Below are positions 1 to 12,945 of a DNA stretch of 64,000 nt, piece after piece; the stretch's first letter is position 1, and each line of letters begins with the position of its first letter. The notes under the pieces were generated by a model. It worked only from the letters and a program-made list of their open reading frames with translations. It had not been told where the DNA came from and ran no database searches. The stretch lies in assembly GCF_009834535.1 (NCBI RefSeq), contig NC_045696.1:17548001-17612000 (forward strand). The letters are read 5' to 3'. The position numbers were made by a program, and so were the translations under genes. Origin of the DNA: Camelus ferus (taxonomy: Eukaryota).

Positions 1-2399
1 TCACAGTTTAAAAATGGGACTGGTCTGGGGAACACATGTTTACTGAGGAACATACTGGGTTAGGAGACGCTCCTTTCCTGTGTTTCATACCTGTCATTGC
101 TTTTTCAAATGTCTCTCTTCCCTTTTTCTAAACATCTAGGGCAAGTTACCTTTTTTATCCTTGCGTCAAAGTGGTCAGCTCCAAATGTGAACATACTTGA
201 TTGCATGGCTCTGTAAATATAAAAAGAAATATCTGATCAAAATATCTGGCTCTAAGGCTTGAAGGAGATATATTTGTGAAGTCACTGGTACCATAGGAGG
301 GGCTCAATAAATGGTAGCTTGCTTCTCCCAAGGACCCCCCTGAATTCGCTCCCCAACTCTGCTCCCATGACCAGTTTCATGAGTTGATTCTACTTGGTAT
401 TTCTCTGAGCTTCACAGCACTTTTGGAAATGCCATCTGTTACAACATTGCCAACTGAGGCTTCAGAGCCTGCTTAGGGGAACATTATTCCCGGGGACGCT
501 GCATGTTTAATTTGGTCTCAGTTGAAGAAGATGCCTTATGAGACGTAATGTGGCTTTGTCACTCTGAGCTGGGTGAATATGTGAGCTGGAAGTCTTTTAA
601 GCTTCTTTCAGAGCAAACTAATCAACTTGCCACTTAGGATCCAAAAACAAAGCTTTGCTCCCTCTCTGGATGTGTCTCTTCTTTCATTTCTTGGTTATAT
701 CTTATAGGGCAATGTAGATATGGGACCTAATTGATCCATGCAATCTGCATGTTTACTATGCAAAGTGGAGGAATGGGTATGCAAGGTTGTAATTGCAGAG
801 GTCCTTGTCAACTAAGAGGATTACCTGTGTCCACCATTAAGAATGAAGGAGATTAGCATATTTTACTATGTACAGTGCACTTTAATAAATGATGACTACA
901 GACAGAAGCATTTATCAATATTATTTTTAAATTCATCCAGAGATTGCAAGTTAGGAAAATTCTTTTTTATATAAGACATTATATATGTGGAACATGTCTC
1001 TCAAATGCTACAAAATAAGTAATAGAAAACAGAGATGGTCTAGTGAAACTGCAGGTAGTTAATATGCAACCATATTGCTCTACCCAAGGCTGGGTTCATA
1101 ATTAAGGCTGAGTAGCAGGGTTTCCTGGGGGATTTTTCTGGTCAGTGGAGACTGCCAAGTTCATGGTTCCTAATCAACCACTATGTAAACATCATAAGTG
1201 CATGAGCTATTTTGAAAAATAGTCTTCATAACCTGGTTAATAGATAAGTCCAATATATGTTATACAAAGCAATTGTCAGAGGATAAAGAATGAAGTAAAT
1301 TGGAGACAGTGCATAAGTTATATTGAAAGGTAGCTTTTCAGGATTTAGAAGACTTAGAAGGATTTTGCAGTAATATTGCCGTGTCTATGCTGACAGAGCC
1401 TGCTAAGACAATGTCAGAAAAGAAAGAAGTACATGACCCTCCTTTGAGTCCAGTGGACTCAAGTTGCAAGGTTAACTGTGGGATGTATGATAGGCTTTAT
1501 AAAAAAATCAGTACAATATGTCAATACAAGACGTGTTTTGTTTCCAACAGTAAAGTAGGGAAAATGAGCCCCGTTTAATAAGGACCAACTTGGCTTCAAT
1601 TGCCTAACACCTGCCTTGAGATCAAGTATCTGGAAATGAAATCTTGCCACAGTTCTCACTATGGCCTGGCTCTGTAATGTCAGAGCTGGGAGCTGACTCT
1701 ACTTTCGATCTTTGCCTGAGAGGACCAACTCAGATTGACCGGCAGCCTTCTCTGGGGTGAACAGAGGAGTCAGAGATAAAGCTTTGTCCTGTCTCATGAG
1801 GATGTCTTGCCAAGGACATTGGTTTCATTCTGCACAAGTCATTTTTTTCAGAGGGCTTCCATGTATATAGAGCTAGTAGGAGTGTTGTGGGAGCAATACT
1901 TACTGGCACCGAAAGTCGAAACTCACTTCTTTAAGAACAGAAAAAAGGATTTTAAAAAGCTGTAGGAAAATACTTTCTCGATCTTTGGACTATTTCAGAT
2001 TAATGTTTGTAGTCTCAGGAAAAATACAATCCATGAGAAGCATAAAAGAGATTTTTTTTTATCATATTGTCATGCTATGCAAGACACTTGTTCTTTTGGT
2101 TTATAAATCCTTAACTAAAAATAGTTTTTGAGAAAAGTATAAGAAATAAAAATAAATAGCTAATTGATCTAAAGAATTAAAATTTGTTTTGCATTTTTGA
2201 AGACTATTGATTAAATCCTAATTTTCTAGTTTTTTGTAATAACCTTGTGATCTTTTATTAAGTAAAATAATAATGTTACAAATAAATTTGAAATCCTTCA
2301 TCTTTTATTTATTAAATTTTGCACATTATATTATATATATATAAATAGTAACCCATATACATAGCTTTTGAAGATACATATGTATGTAGTATTAGCCTT

Positions 2400-3060
2400 A
2401 TGCATCAATGAGATTGCTAGAGAGAGAATTTAGATGAAGAGTGAAAAACAGCCTGAAGAATGGCAGAAGAAAACCCAGTGTTTAATGATCTGGATAAAAG
2501 TGAATGATTCTAGGAGATAAAAAGAGCTAGGTCAGTGAGTTGTCAGAGAATTCCAGAAAGGAAAACAAAAACAAAAACAAAAACAAAAAACAGCTCTTAG
2601 AAAGAAGAAACCAGTCATACTATATACATATGAGTGAAATGTTTATATACTTTATCAAAATGGAAATCTCTGGTTACATTAGAAAAAGCTACTTCGATTG
2701 AGTGGTAGGAACTGAATCAGATGGAGTGAGTTGAAAAATTAGGGTAAAATGAAGACACAGAAATAGAAGAAAATGCCAACTGTTTGAAGAAGTTCGGTCA
2801 TGAAGGGGAGGAGAGAGATAGGATGGTAGATGGGAAGTGAGCAGTTGAGTAAAACTTTATTTTGTAAGATGAGCTGTATGTGAGCATGTCAAGAATTGGA
2901 AAGAAAAAAATATGTTTGATAGTGTCAGATTTCTTAGAGGTTTAATTCAGATGAAATCCAAAACACAAGTGAAGAGACTGGTTTTTGAAAGTGGGAGGGA
3001 TATCTCCCAATTTTCTTTGGAAGCTCAGGAAAAGGCAGGTCATCTGGGACTAGAATTTGC
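2400..3060 (-). mobile_element. Ancient L2 LINE fragment
   Basis: Purine-rich decayed sequence typical of antisense L2 (e.g. gagtggtaggaactgaatcagatggagtgagttgaaa; gaagaagttcggtcatgaaggggaggagagagatagg). Contains an (AAAAAC)n tract at ~2562-2591. Confidence 0.6.
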
Positions 3061-3103
3061 TAGATGAGTGCAAAGAAAAGAGGTTAACACTGTTCTATTC
3101 AAA

Positions 3104-3240
3104 CAGTGGTCCACAAACTGGCATTTGTTCATAATTTGTTTGTCACCAGTCTATGGCAAGAAAAATACAGAAAATGGGTATAAGTGGTAATAAAGTGTTA
3201 TTGAAAATCGATAATATTTTATCTGTGGAAACTACCAGTA
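3104..3240. mobile_element. hAT-Charlie MITE fragment (MER119-like)
   Basis: Starts cagtggtccacaaactgg...tttgtcaccagtc...aatacagaaaat, resembling a recalled Charlie-type terminus. Confidence 0.4.
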
Positions 3241-3244
3241 ACAA

Positions 3245-3430
3245 ATTAAACAAGTTCATACTGTATAGCACAGGGAACTATATTCAATGTCTTGTAGTGA
3301 CCTATAATGAAAAAATACGAAAATGAATATATGTGTGTGTGTGTATATATATATGACTGAAACATTATGCTCTACACCAGAAATTGATGCAACATTGTAA
3401 ACTGATTATTCTTCAATTAAAAAATAAAAT
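3245..3430 (+). mobile_element. Short young L1 3' end
   Basis: ctgtatagcacagggaactatattcaa...gactgaaacattatgctctacaccagaaattgatgcaacattgtaaactga plus A-rich tail. Visibly homologous to the copies at 12.9, 20.0, 43.1 and 60.1 kb. Confidence 0.9.
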
Positions 3431-4135
3431 TCCCTCGTCCTGATCATTTTATAGCCACACCGACGAAGGAGAAATAAACCCATGTAGAAAGTGAACTTTC
3501 AACTCCCATTCACTCTTCTCTTTAAAAGTTTTATATCCTACTATAGTGGTCTCATTGTAAGCCCTTGAGAACTCTTTTTTCGCCCTTGATTCATACTAGC
3601 AGACTTTTCTTCTTAAGTAAGAAATGAGGAAAGTACGTGTTGTGACCAAGATGTAATTGGGTGTCAGAATCTTGAACTGTCTAGAGAAAATAAAATGTCA
3701 CCCTATGGGGTTCAAAATTAGCCCCCATCTTTCAGATTAAGTATTTCGAGAAACTGTGAGTATTGTAGAGCATGCATTGGTTACTAATTTACCCTTCAGG
3801 TGTGATGCAAAATGATTTTGCTTGGATTTACCTTGGATGAATTCTTTAAGGGGTTTAGTAACACTTGGTTCATTCTAGCTTCAGCTGTCTGACATCTGAG
3901 GGTTTGCAGATCATCACCCCTTTGCATGCACCCCAATATTATATTTTCTTCCTATATAATTGGTGGACATTTTGAGATTTGACAGCTAAACTGAGTGTGG
4001 CACCAATGGATATCTTTAGGAGATAATGTTTGAAATTTATTTTTGTTTTGTTTCTTCTTCTGATGACATTTGTGTTCCCTCTCCCAGAACGAATTGTATT
4101 GTGACAATTTCATAAGTGTGCAGGTGGATTCACAT

Positions 4136-4234
4136 TCTTTTCTTTTCTTTTTTTCTTTTTTAATGGAGGTACTGGGATTGAACCCAGAACCATGTTAAGC
4201 AAGCATTCTACTGTTGAGCTATTTCCCTCCCCCC
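4136..4234 (-). mobile_element. tRNA-derived SINE (camelid vic-1-like)
   Basis: Minus strand reads ggggagggaaatagctcaacagtagaatgc (A box) ...gggttcaatcccagtacctcc (B box) then an A-rich tail. Three more copies lie in the window. Confidence 0.9.
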
Positions 4235-4393
4235 ATGTACTACTTTTCTGCTTGTTATTTTTTATCATGTTGCTGACTATTGCATTTTCTCTTTGATTTT
4301 TGCTCTTTTTAATGTTCGTGTGTATATGTACACACATGGTAGAAGGAACATGAGTGGGGTGAATGGCCCTGACTCTTATGGTATTCTACTGCT

Positions 4394-4632
4394 TGGTGGC
4401 TCTCAATGATGAGCAGTTGGCCCTACCAGGAACATTTCACAATGTCAAGAGACGATTTTGTTTACTAGAATTGGGTTGAGCAGGGTGTGCTTATTGGCAT
4501 AGAATGAAAAGAAGCCAGGGATGCTGCTAAACGTACTACAGTGTGCAGGACAAAGGCTAGCAGCAAAGAATTACCTGCAACAAAGAATTACCAGGTCCAA
4601 ACTGTCAATAGCTCTGAGGTTGAGAAACCTTG
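4394..4632. mobile_element. MER20 (hAT-Charlie MITE)
   Basis: Diagnostic agccagggatgctgctaaac, caacaaagaattac and tgtcaatagctctgaggttgagaaacc; both termini present. Confidence 0.88.
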
Positions 4633-4759
4633 GACTAGTTGAACAAAATACCATTTGAATGCTTTTGCACAAAGACCAAATAATTACAGTTTTGTTCTAT
4701 CATTGTAATGAATAAGCATCCTGTGATAAGGTATTTCTAAGTTGTCAATATTTCACCTG

Positions 4760-4935
4760 CCAGTTCCAAGCTCTCTGATATTGGCATAATGACTAAATCC
4801 TTCTGAACATAATCTCCTTCCAATAAAATGGAACTAATACTATCTTCATCCTATAGTTGTTGGAAGGATTAAATTAGGTGAGTATAGAATACGTTTAGCA
4901 GTGTGTTCAAGATATATTAGATGCTCAATAGTGTT
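4760..4935 (+). mobile_element. MIR SINE
   Basis: MIR core and tail: taaaatggaactaatactatc...ttgttggaaggattaaattag...gctcaata. Confidence 0.7.
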
Positions 4936-6419
4936 TCCTCTGCCTCCCATGATGTTACAGTACGTTTAAGCAATTCCAAAAGGTTACTTTTTGTTTTCGC
5001 ACTTCAGTCAGGGCAGGAAATACCTATGAATATTTAATCTAGACAATAAGAAAGAGGGATTATTTGGTTCCAGCTTGATGGCTCTATTTACTTTTTTTAC
5101 TTTAAACTTTTCATAATCTATGCCGGCAGGAATTACGTTAGCACCTTATTCATGATCTGCCAATGGGAAATTCTGAGGACAAAAGCAATTTAATATAACT
5201 TTCCATTTTTAAAGGTAATTATTTTCTTGAAGGGAAAAACGGACATGCATATCTGTATATATACATTTTATATATGTAAGCAGACCTCAGGATATGCTAT
5301 GAAATTTCCTTAAAAATAGTACCTACAGTTAGCTCTTTTAAGCAAGAAATTTCTAGCTATTTTTCTCCTGAAAATACAGAATAAAATATCTTGGCTGGGA
5401 TTTCCTACAAATCTGACATGGGAAACTTGTATCCTTTAGAAATTTGTGATTGCATATTTATGGAAATACAGTCAAATGAGTGAATGCCTATATTCCAGGC
5501 ATAAATACATAATGTAATCTTGAATCCTGACTTTTTTGGCAAGGAAGAGATCAAAAGTTCTCTTGCGGTTCAGACATTTCAATATGCATACACTTTCCTC
5601 CATTTCTTTCCTTTCCCCAGGCAAACACACAAATTTAAAATAAAATTGCCTGTTTAGTAGTTTTCATCTCTTCCTAGAATCCTTCAGAAAATGTTCAAAA
5701 TTTCTCTGACAAGGTTAGCTATTTTTCCACAAACATAATAAATCCAGAGTGTAAGTACTCATGTACTTTTATGATGCATATAAAAACACACTTACCTTGA
5801 ATTTATGGATTTTATGTTTCACGCAATATTTGAAAGTCAATAAAAATTTTCCTTTTTTATCACAATGTGAGATACAAATTTATACTCCAATGAGATATCT
5901 GAGTGTTCTTTCCAGGGAATTCAAAGTAATGGTAACTTAATGTGAGGCATACTCAAGTATGCAAGATTATACACTGTGGTGTAGGAAGAAAACTATAGCA
6001 CTTCTAATCATATTTTTATTTTAAAATTAAGAAAGGGTTAAGCTTCTGAATATAGGACATTAGAACCTACCTGGTCACGCGCACGGTGGTGAGGTGTTGG
6101 CTGGGCTACTCAACACATCTGAGAACTCCACTCATTTGCTTCCAAAGTAGTGCCACAAACTATAGTATCTCTTTGCCTTTTTAAGTAAGAATGTGTAGTT
6201 TTAACTGAAATATTGTTCCCAAATGAGCAAGTCTTTAAAATGTTCCCTAGTAGAAACTGTAGTTCAAAGATAATACTAACATACAAGAAATGAACAGTAA
6301 GAAAATGGCAGAATTACCTTTTCTCATATTACTAGTAGGAGAGCTTTTGAAGCACCATTATGAAAGACAGTAATGACTTAATGAGACATGACAATAAATT
6401 AGTCAAAAGTCAATATTAG

Positions 6420-7048
6420 CATTTTATTGAAATATGTATTTATATCCACTGTTGTAACAACGAACTATCTCATAACTCTGTCTGTGTTTTGATGTGTCTC
6501 AGTATGTATGTAATAAACACTGTAACTTTCTGAGATATCTTTTAAAAGTTTCACATCCACTAGCAATGATATAAAACTAAACCAATTTAGAACCGGAGTT
6601 TTGAATATCTGCATCCTAAATTGTTAAGCCAGTTTTTTCAGGGAGAAATCAAATTTGATAACATAATTCCCACTATTAGCATATTAATATATTAATATAT
6701 TAATTTAGTATTAATAATATTGTATATAATATGTAAATAATAATCCTCCCATTATATAATAACCAAACTTTTAACAATGTGTTAGTGAGAACAAATTTTT
6801 TTCTCTATCCCTAATAAATAAAGTTAAAAACTAAATATTTTCCTTAACTCTTATCTCATGTTTTGAACTTATTATTAAATTTCTATTTTTTATTAAATAT
6901 ATAGAATATACTGATATATAATAATACTAGATATAAAATCTATCTATATACACAAAATATGCATATGCCCATATCCACACACATACAGCAAAGTTAAAAT
7001 TTTTTACTGATGGAGAGGCACTAACAAAAATGTTTGGAAAATGTTGCT
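6420..7048. mobile_element. Possible decayed hAT-Charlie fragment with AT-rich expansion
   Basis: Ends aaaatgtttggaaaatgttgct, like a Charlie terminal repeat; internal (ATATTAAT)3 at 6681-6704. Confidence 0.3.
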
Positions 7049-7339
7049 GTAACATTCAGGGTAGAAATTTAATATGTTCTTTTTCTTCAAAGGACCTACA
7101 AATAATAACAATAATAAAGTAAATAACAGTTTTATTTTTCTTAAGTGATTTAAACACAGGACAAATAGAGCTATTGATTATGAAGCATGAAGTAAATATT
7201 TGTTGAGAAGATTATGCTAAAATTTTAAACCCTTCACAATAAATAATAACATATGCAATTCAGCTTTTTTTAGAATTTTTAAAAAATCATTAAAAAGATC
7301 AGTATTTTATACAATGCCTTGTATGCGTTTATGTGGCTC

Positions 7340-7510
7340 GCTGACTTTACAGAGTACTTTTTCACACTTTATTTTGTTTTAATTTTGACAAATGAAGCAG
7401 TCTGGGAACTACTTAGGTTGGGTATGTTTTGTTCCATTTTTCAGAAGACAAATCTGAGGTTCAGAGAGGTCTTCACTTAGGCACACACTTATGAGACTTG
7501 AAGGTATGAA
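7340..7510 (-). mobile_element. MIR SINE
   Basis: ccatttttcagaagacaaatctgaggttcagagaggt is the antisense MIR core. Confidence 0.7.
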
Positions 7511-7794
7511 TTTTCTCCCTCCCATTTCTCTATTGAGTTCTTAATCTCTTCTAATTCATAATAATGCTGTTTTCATGAATATTTTCCAAGTAGATAAAAT
7601 TGGTATGCTAAGAGTGTTTTTTTCTCTTGCCCTCAAAAGGCATATTTGATGATAGTCAAGTGACTGGCAGTAATTGTTTTAAAATTTTTGTTAGTTAAGG
7701 GGTCTTGACTTTTTAGCTTCTTTTTGATGGATCACCATTTTTTAGAAACTTGCTTATTTTTTTCATGATACATCAACATTAATCTGTTGATGTG

Positions 7795-8180
7795 TGTGTC
7801 AGAGATGACTATCGATCAAAGTCATCTTCCAAGACACAGGACAAGATGACATTTTTCAGCCTCTCTTTCAGTCGCTGTAGTCATTTGACTGAATTCTTAA
7901 TAGGATGAGAGTAGAAAGAGCATGTGGTGCTTTTATGCTTGAACCTTGAACTGGGTGGGTGTGACTCATCCAGGACCCCTTCTCTCTTCTGTCACCAGAC
8001 CAGACTTTTTGATGTGGAAGGGGACAAGACCCTAAAAGACAGTAGAGCTCTGGAAAGGAGTAGCCGGGAACTCTGAATCATTGGGTGGAGGAGAGCTGCC
8101 CACCAGCCCAGAACGCCTGCCTGGACTATTAAAGGAGAAAGAAATATTAACCCTTAGGTGTCTCTTTGTTACAGTAGGCT
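7795..8180 (+). mobile_element. Old MaLR solo LTR (MLT1I/J-like)
   Basis: tgtagtcatttgactgaattct..., ggaggagagctgcc, and 3' end gtctctttgttacagtag resemble MLT1 LTRs. Confidence 0.6.
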
Positions 8181-10906
8181 TTAATATAATATTTTAAATT
8201 TAATTTTTAAGTGCATTCTTTTACTTTCCACAATCTACCAAGTGTACTCAGGTTTTCAGGACATTTTTCTTTACTTCTTGACTTCTATGGCTTTTCAGAC
8301 CTTTAGAGAAGGTCAAATCATTATTTAAGTCTTTGTTCCCATTACATTTGATACCAAAACCTCTTGCAGGTTTTCTGTTTACCTCTCAAGCTTTGCTGCT
8401 AGGCTTGCTTAATGTACTAATCTGCGCAGTGATAAGAACTTTAGCTCACATTTTAAATCTGAAAGCTTCTACTGTGATGAACATAGCAAACATTGTGAAG
8501 AAGCATTAAACTGCACAAAATGTGTCAATTTGCCCCACCTCTGCATTGTAAAGACTCCCATTAAGACCCCAGAATGAAGATAGCACTCATGGGAAGTTCT
8601 CTTCCTATTTAAAACACATAACCCATTAGATACCTTCACCGGAAGAAATCACGTGCTGTACAGAAGTCATTCTGGAAAATAGTTATGTATGGTTGACTAC
8701 ATTAACAGCAATTTTAGACTCTGCTTTAGAGTCTTTGGTTATTATGGAGTCATATAGTGACTGTAACAGTTGGAAACTACGGAAGAATAGCTCATTCTCA
8801 GACACCTATTATACCACCAACTTCTTCATCTCTTAGAGGTCTAATCGAAGACTCATTTCCAAGGTATAGACACCTTTATTATAGTGATTAGGCTGGGAAT
8901 TTCTGTGTTTACATAGACCAAAATCTACTCAACAAAGTAAATTCTTCACAATCCCATGACAATTCATATGTTAGGAATTACAAAGAACATGCAATTAGAT
9001 GCTGGAAGTCTAATATACTCTGTACAACTAGCTTTCTGCTCAGTTATCTATCCTTCACTTAACACTATTTTCATAATACATTGCTGTGAAGTTTAACACA
9101 CCTGTAAGGACAAAAGAGTTCAGGAAAATGATGTTCTGAGTAACTAGGAGGCAAAAAGTTCTGTATGTGTGTAAATAGCCATAGTTATCAACCATAAGTA
9201 AGAAAAAATGTACTCTATATATGCTATATATATTAATTCTGAGTGTGCAAGCTTTTCCTGAGATCACTTCAGAACTGTGCACACTTACCTTCTCCTGGTC
9301 ATGTTTCCTTCTTGTCCCCTTCATTGATTACATCACAAATTCAATATTTTCTTAAAACTTCCTCCCCTTACACTAATTACATTGATGATGTGATTTACAG
9401 TAACATAATGAAGATGTAAGGGGAGTGATCCAGACCATGTGTATAGAAGTCAGTGAAATGGTTGTATTGTTTGAAAAACATACACATAAGAGGAAAAAAA
9501 GTAACTCCTTTGTCTAATTAATCTTAAGCCTTCGTAATAAGTCCCTGTTCCTGATTGGTTATATAATAAGATACATGTATATATACATATATGTTTGTGT
9601 GCATATAGGAAGGGCACATGATTTTCAACTTAAAATACAATTTTAAATAAAACAAATTCTCACTTGGAATATGTTTATAATTGATTAGCTTAAACTCTAC
9701 TGTGTTATATGTAACATTTTGTGATTTGGGGTGATGGATGGTATAGAAATTTAAGAATCTACTTCAAAGGAGCTCATATATTCTGTGTTCTTTCCTAATT
9801 GTGACTCTTTAGAATCTTTTAAATTTTGTTGCATATGATTCTTCTAAAAATTCCATAAAAGTGAGCGCATTGATGGCAAAAGAAGTCTGTGGGTTGCTCA
9901 GAAATGGGTAGAAAGGGGAGCTAGACTAAACTGAGGGTTTCTTATTCACGACATATGCACATTTTTCTCTCCTTCCTAACATTGTTTTATTCCCCTGTCC
10001 TCTTCTCCCTTCTTAAAAGTAATACAACCTAATGTAGTCAGTTTCTCCCAGCGATATTTTTCAGTGGGGCAGTTTGGGGATTTTGCAAGACTAATTCTTT
10101 TGCCTTTAGGGTGGTTGGAAATTCTCTAGTTCCACCAAGGGTGTTGTTGAATGACCCAGAGTCTTTAATGTGGGTTCTTTGCATCTGTGTAGGCAGCCAT
10201 GGGAGGTTTATCCAGTAAGTCTGGTTCTGTGAAAATAGTTGCCTGGGGAAAAAAAAAAAAAAAAAAGCCTTACTTTATCTTCTCAGCATTCTCTTAATGC
10301 TGAGAACTATAATTGATGCAGTAATAACAACAAAAAATTGCATCTTACTTGACATTCAAATAATAACATAAAAATAGAAAATTGTTCAATAGTAAGATAA
10401 ACTGTAGATAACTTTAGTTTTTTCATATTTATACAAAGTAATTTTAATATAGTTTTACTTAAGTATAACCAAAGTCTCTTTTCTAGGTTTTTATCTTATC
10501 TATGAATTAACTCAATTATTTTAATTTAGTCTTAATACAAGAATGCACACACATATTATTTTCTAGGATACACCTTCCTTGAAGAAATTGCTCTGATATG
10601 GGTATTTCTAGAGATCATTGGAAGTCGGAAAGTCTGGGTGGCCTTCCTAGATTCACAATGAGGGCATTGCCATGGATGAGGCAGATTTGAAGTCTGCATA
10701 AACATTAAAGCATTACCTAGAGCATACAGTGCTGTCCTCCTCAAAGAATTATGTTCATTGGGGTCAAAGACCTCCTCTCACACAATTTTTATTTCCTCTA
10801 GTGTATCTTGCAGAGTGCTGGGCACTTGGTGGAGTTTAAGAAATATTTGTTAAGTAAAAATGAGAGATTTGATAACCATCAAAGTCAGCAGTTCGTTTAA
10901 GATCCT

Positions 10907-11399
10907 TTATTAGTTAGCTATTTGTGCGAAATCAAACGCCTGTCACTTAGAGTTTTAAAACTACAATCATTTTCTTTTGTCTCATGATAATGAGTCTTGG
11001 GAAAGTTCTGCAGATCTAGGTTATATGTGGCTGATCTTGTTGGAAACAGGGGGTGAGTCAGCCTGGGGCTGGCTGGTCTAAGAGGCCTCAGCTGGGGAGG
11101 ATCAGCTCTGCTCATGGTAGTCCCTTATCCAGCAGCTGGTGGGTCCAACTTACTCGCAAGGTAAGCGGTCAGAGTTCCCAGAGAGCCGCAGCAGGAAAGG
11201 CCTCCAGGACCCTGTATGCAGAATGCCAGGCTCTGACTGCCCTGCATCCTGTTGGCCAAGTCAAGCCACAAGGGCAGCTCTGAGACAGAGAAAGCACGTT
11301 CACTTCTAGTTGGGAAGAGCTGAAATATTTCATACAAACAACATGCCTACGGGAAAAGGTGGTGAATAAGAGCCCCTTTTGCAACCAATATCTGAAACA
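10907..11399 (-). mobile_element. Old MaLR solo LTR (MLT1-like)
   Basis: tattagttagctatt start, ggctggctggtctaagaggcctcagctgggg, ttggccaagtcaagccacaagggcag, and tttttgcaaccaatatctgaaaca end. Confidence 0.7.
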
Positions 11400-11874
11400 C
11401 TGAAGCAAAACAGAAAGGAATCCAAATGTGTTCAAGGCTCAAAATTCCTGCATGATGAATCTGTTAGTAGCCACATTTTTTTCCTGTCAGCAATTCTAAA
11501 ATGACAGGAAAAAAAATCCACAATTGGTAGCAGCAGAATGTGCTTTTCAAGTGACTTATGTTCTTTGTCAAAACAGAGTAGTTATTCACACAAACAACCT
11601 AGCTGTGGATTTGTCAAAGCCCTGATTTTAATGATCTGAGCACCGCTATTTATAGTACAATGCTTCTACCGGACGGGCCTTTTTGTTCCTCTGCTTTATT
11701 TTTTTAGCTTTCTGGAATATCTCCTATTTAAATTTATATCAGTTGCTACAAAAATCCCCTTATATTACAAAGAATGATTGGTTTAGTTACTATGATAGTA
11801 TTTCTTTTTCTCTGACATGATGTACAAAACAGCAACAGCTTTTGATAAACACATATTGGAGGGTTATTTATCTT

Positions 11875-12720
11875 TTTTTATTTCTTAACTTAATTTTTTT
11901 AAAACACTTTTAGGTTCACCACAGAACTGAGCAGAAAGTACAGAATTTCCCATAAACCCTCTATCCACACACATCCCCCTTCATCATCAAAGTCTCCTAA
12001 CAGATGGTACATTCATCACAATCAATGAACCTACATCATAATCACCCAAAGTCCACAGTTTATATTGGGGTTCACTCTTGTAGATTCTATGGGTTTGAAC
12101 AAATGTAGAATGTCATATATCCATCACTAAACATTATATAAAGTATTGTCACTGCTCTAAATTTTTCTGTACTCTGCCTACCCCAACCTTCTCCTGCCCC
12201 AGTCCTGACAACTGCTAATCTTTTCACTGTTTCCAGTTTTGCCTCTTCCAGAATATGTTACAGTTGGAATAACAGAGTAGACAGCCTTTTCAGACTGGCT
12301 TCTTTTACTTAGCAAGATGTGTTTTACATTCTTCTGTATCTTTTAATTGCTTGATAGCTCATTTCTTTTCAGCACTGCATACTACTGTCTGGATTGCTAC
12401 AGTTTGTTTATCCTTCCCTCTCCTGAAGAATATCTTGGTTGCTTCCAAGTTTTGGTTGTCTTGAATAAAGCTGATACAGATATCCACTCATAGGTTTTTG
12501 TGTAGACATGCATTTTCAATTCACTTATATAAATAATAACAATTAAAGTTGCTAGATGGCGTGGTGGGGGTATGTTTAGTATTATGCACAACTGACAGGC
12601 TCTTCTAAAGTGGCTGTACCATTTTGTGTTTCCACTAGCCACGGATGAGGATTCCTTGCAGAGTATCTCCACGTCCTCACCAGTGTTTGGTGTTCTCGGT
12701 GTTTTAGATTATGACATTAT
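11875..12720 (-). mobile_element. Old L1 3' end (L1MC1-like)
   Basis: tttaggttcaccacagaactgagcagaaagtacaga, atcacccaaagtccacagttta, cagccttttcagactggcttctttt. ORF 12397-12672(-) is decayed ORF2 C-terminus (…KTWKQPR…INKL). Confidence 0.88.
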
Positions 12721-12945
12721 TAGCTTTTAAACGTTGCATCTTTAAATTCTTCAGACTGTTTATATGTTTGAGCTGTTAATTACAGAATAGAGAGCTTAAA
12801 ATGTATTTACTTATATTTTACATAAAACTTTAAATAAAGCATATACATTTTTATAACTAGCATTAATCATATATAAAAATCTGATATTCTTTTTTATCAG
12901 AGTCAATATATTTATTATTATAAAAATATCCATAAAACTGATATT

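Noticed and set aside
8474..8580. gtgatga C-box as possible C/D snoRNA
   Set aside because: No downstream CTGA D box at a suitable distance and no terminal stem.
9283..9360. Strong minus-strand splice donor AAG|GTAAGT (also one at ~5790)
   Set aside because: No convincing acceptor or recognisable peptide; such motifs arise by chance in 64 kb.
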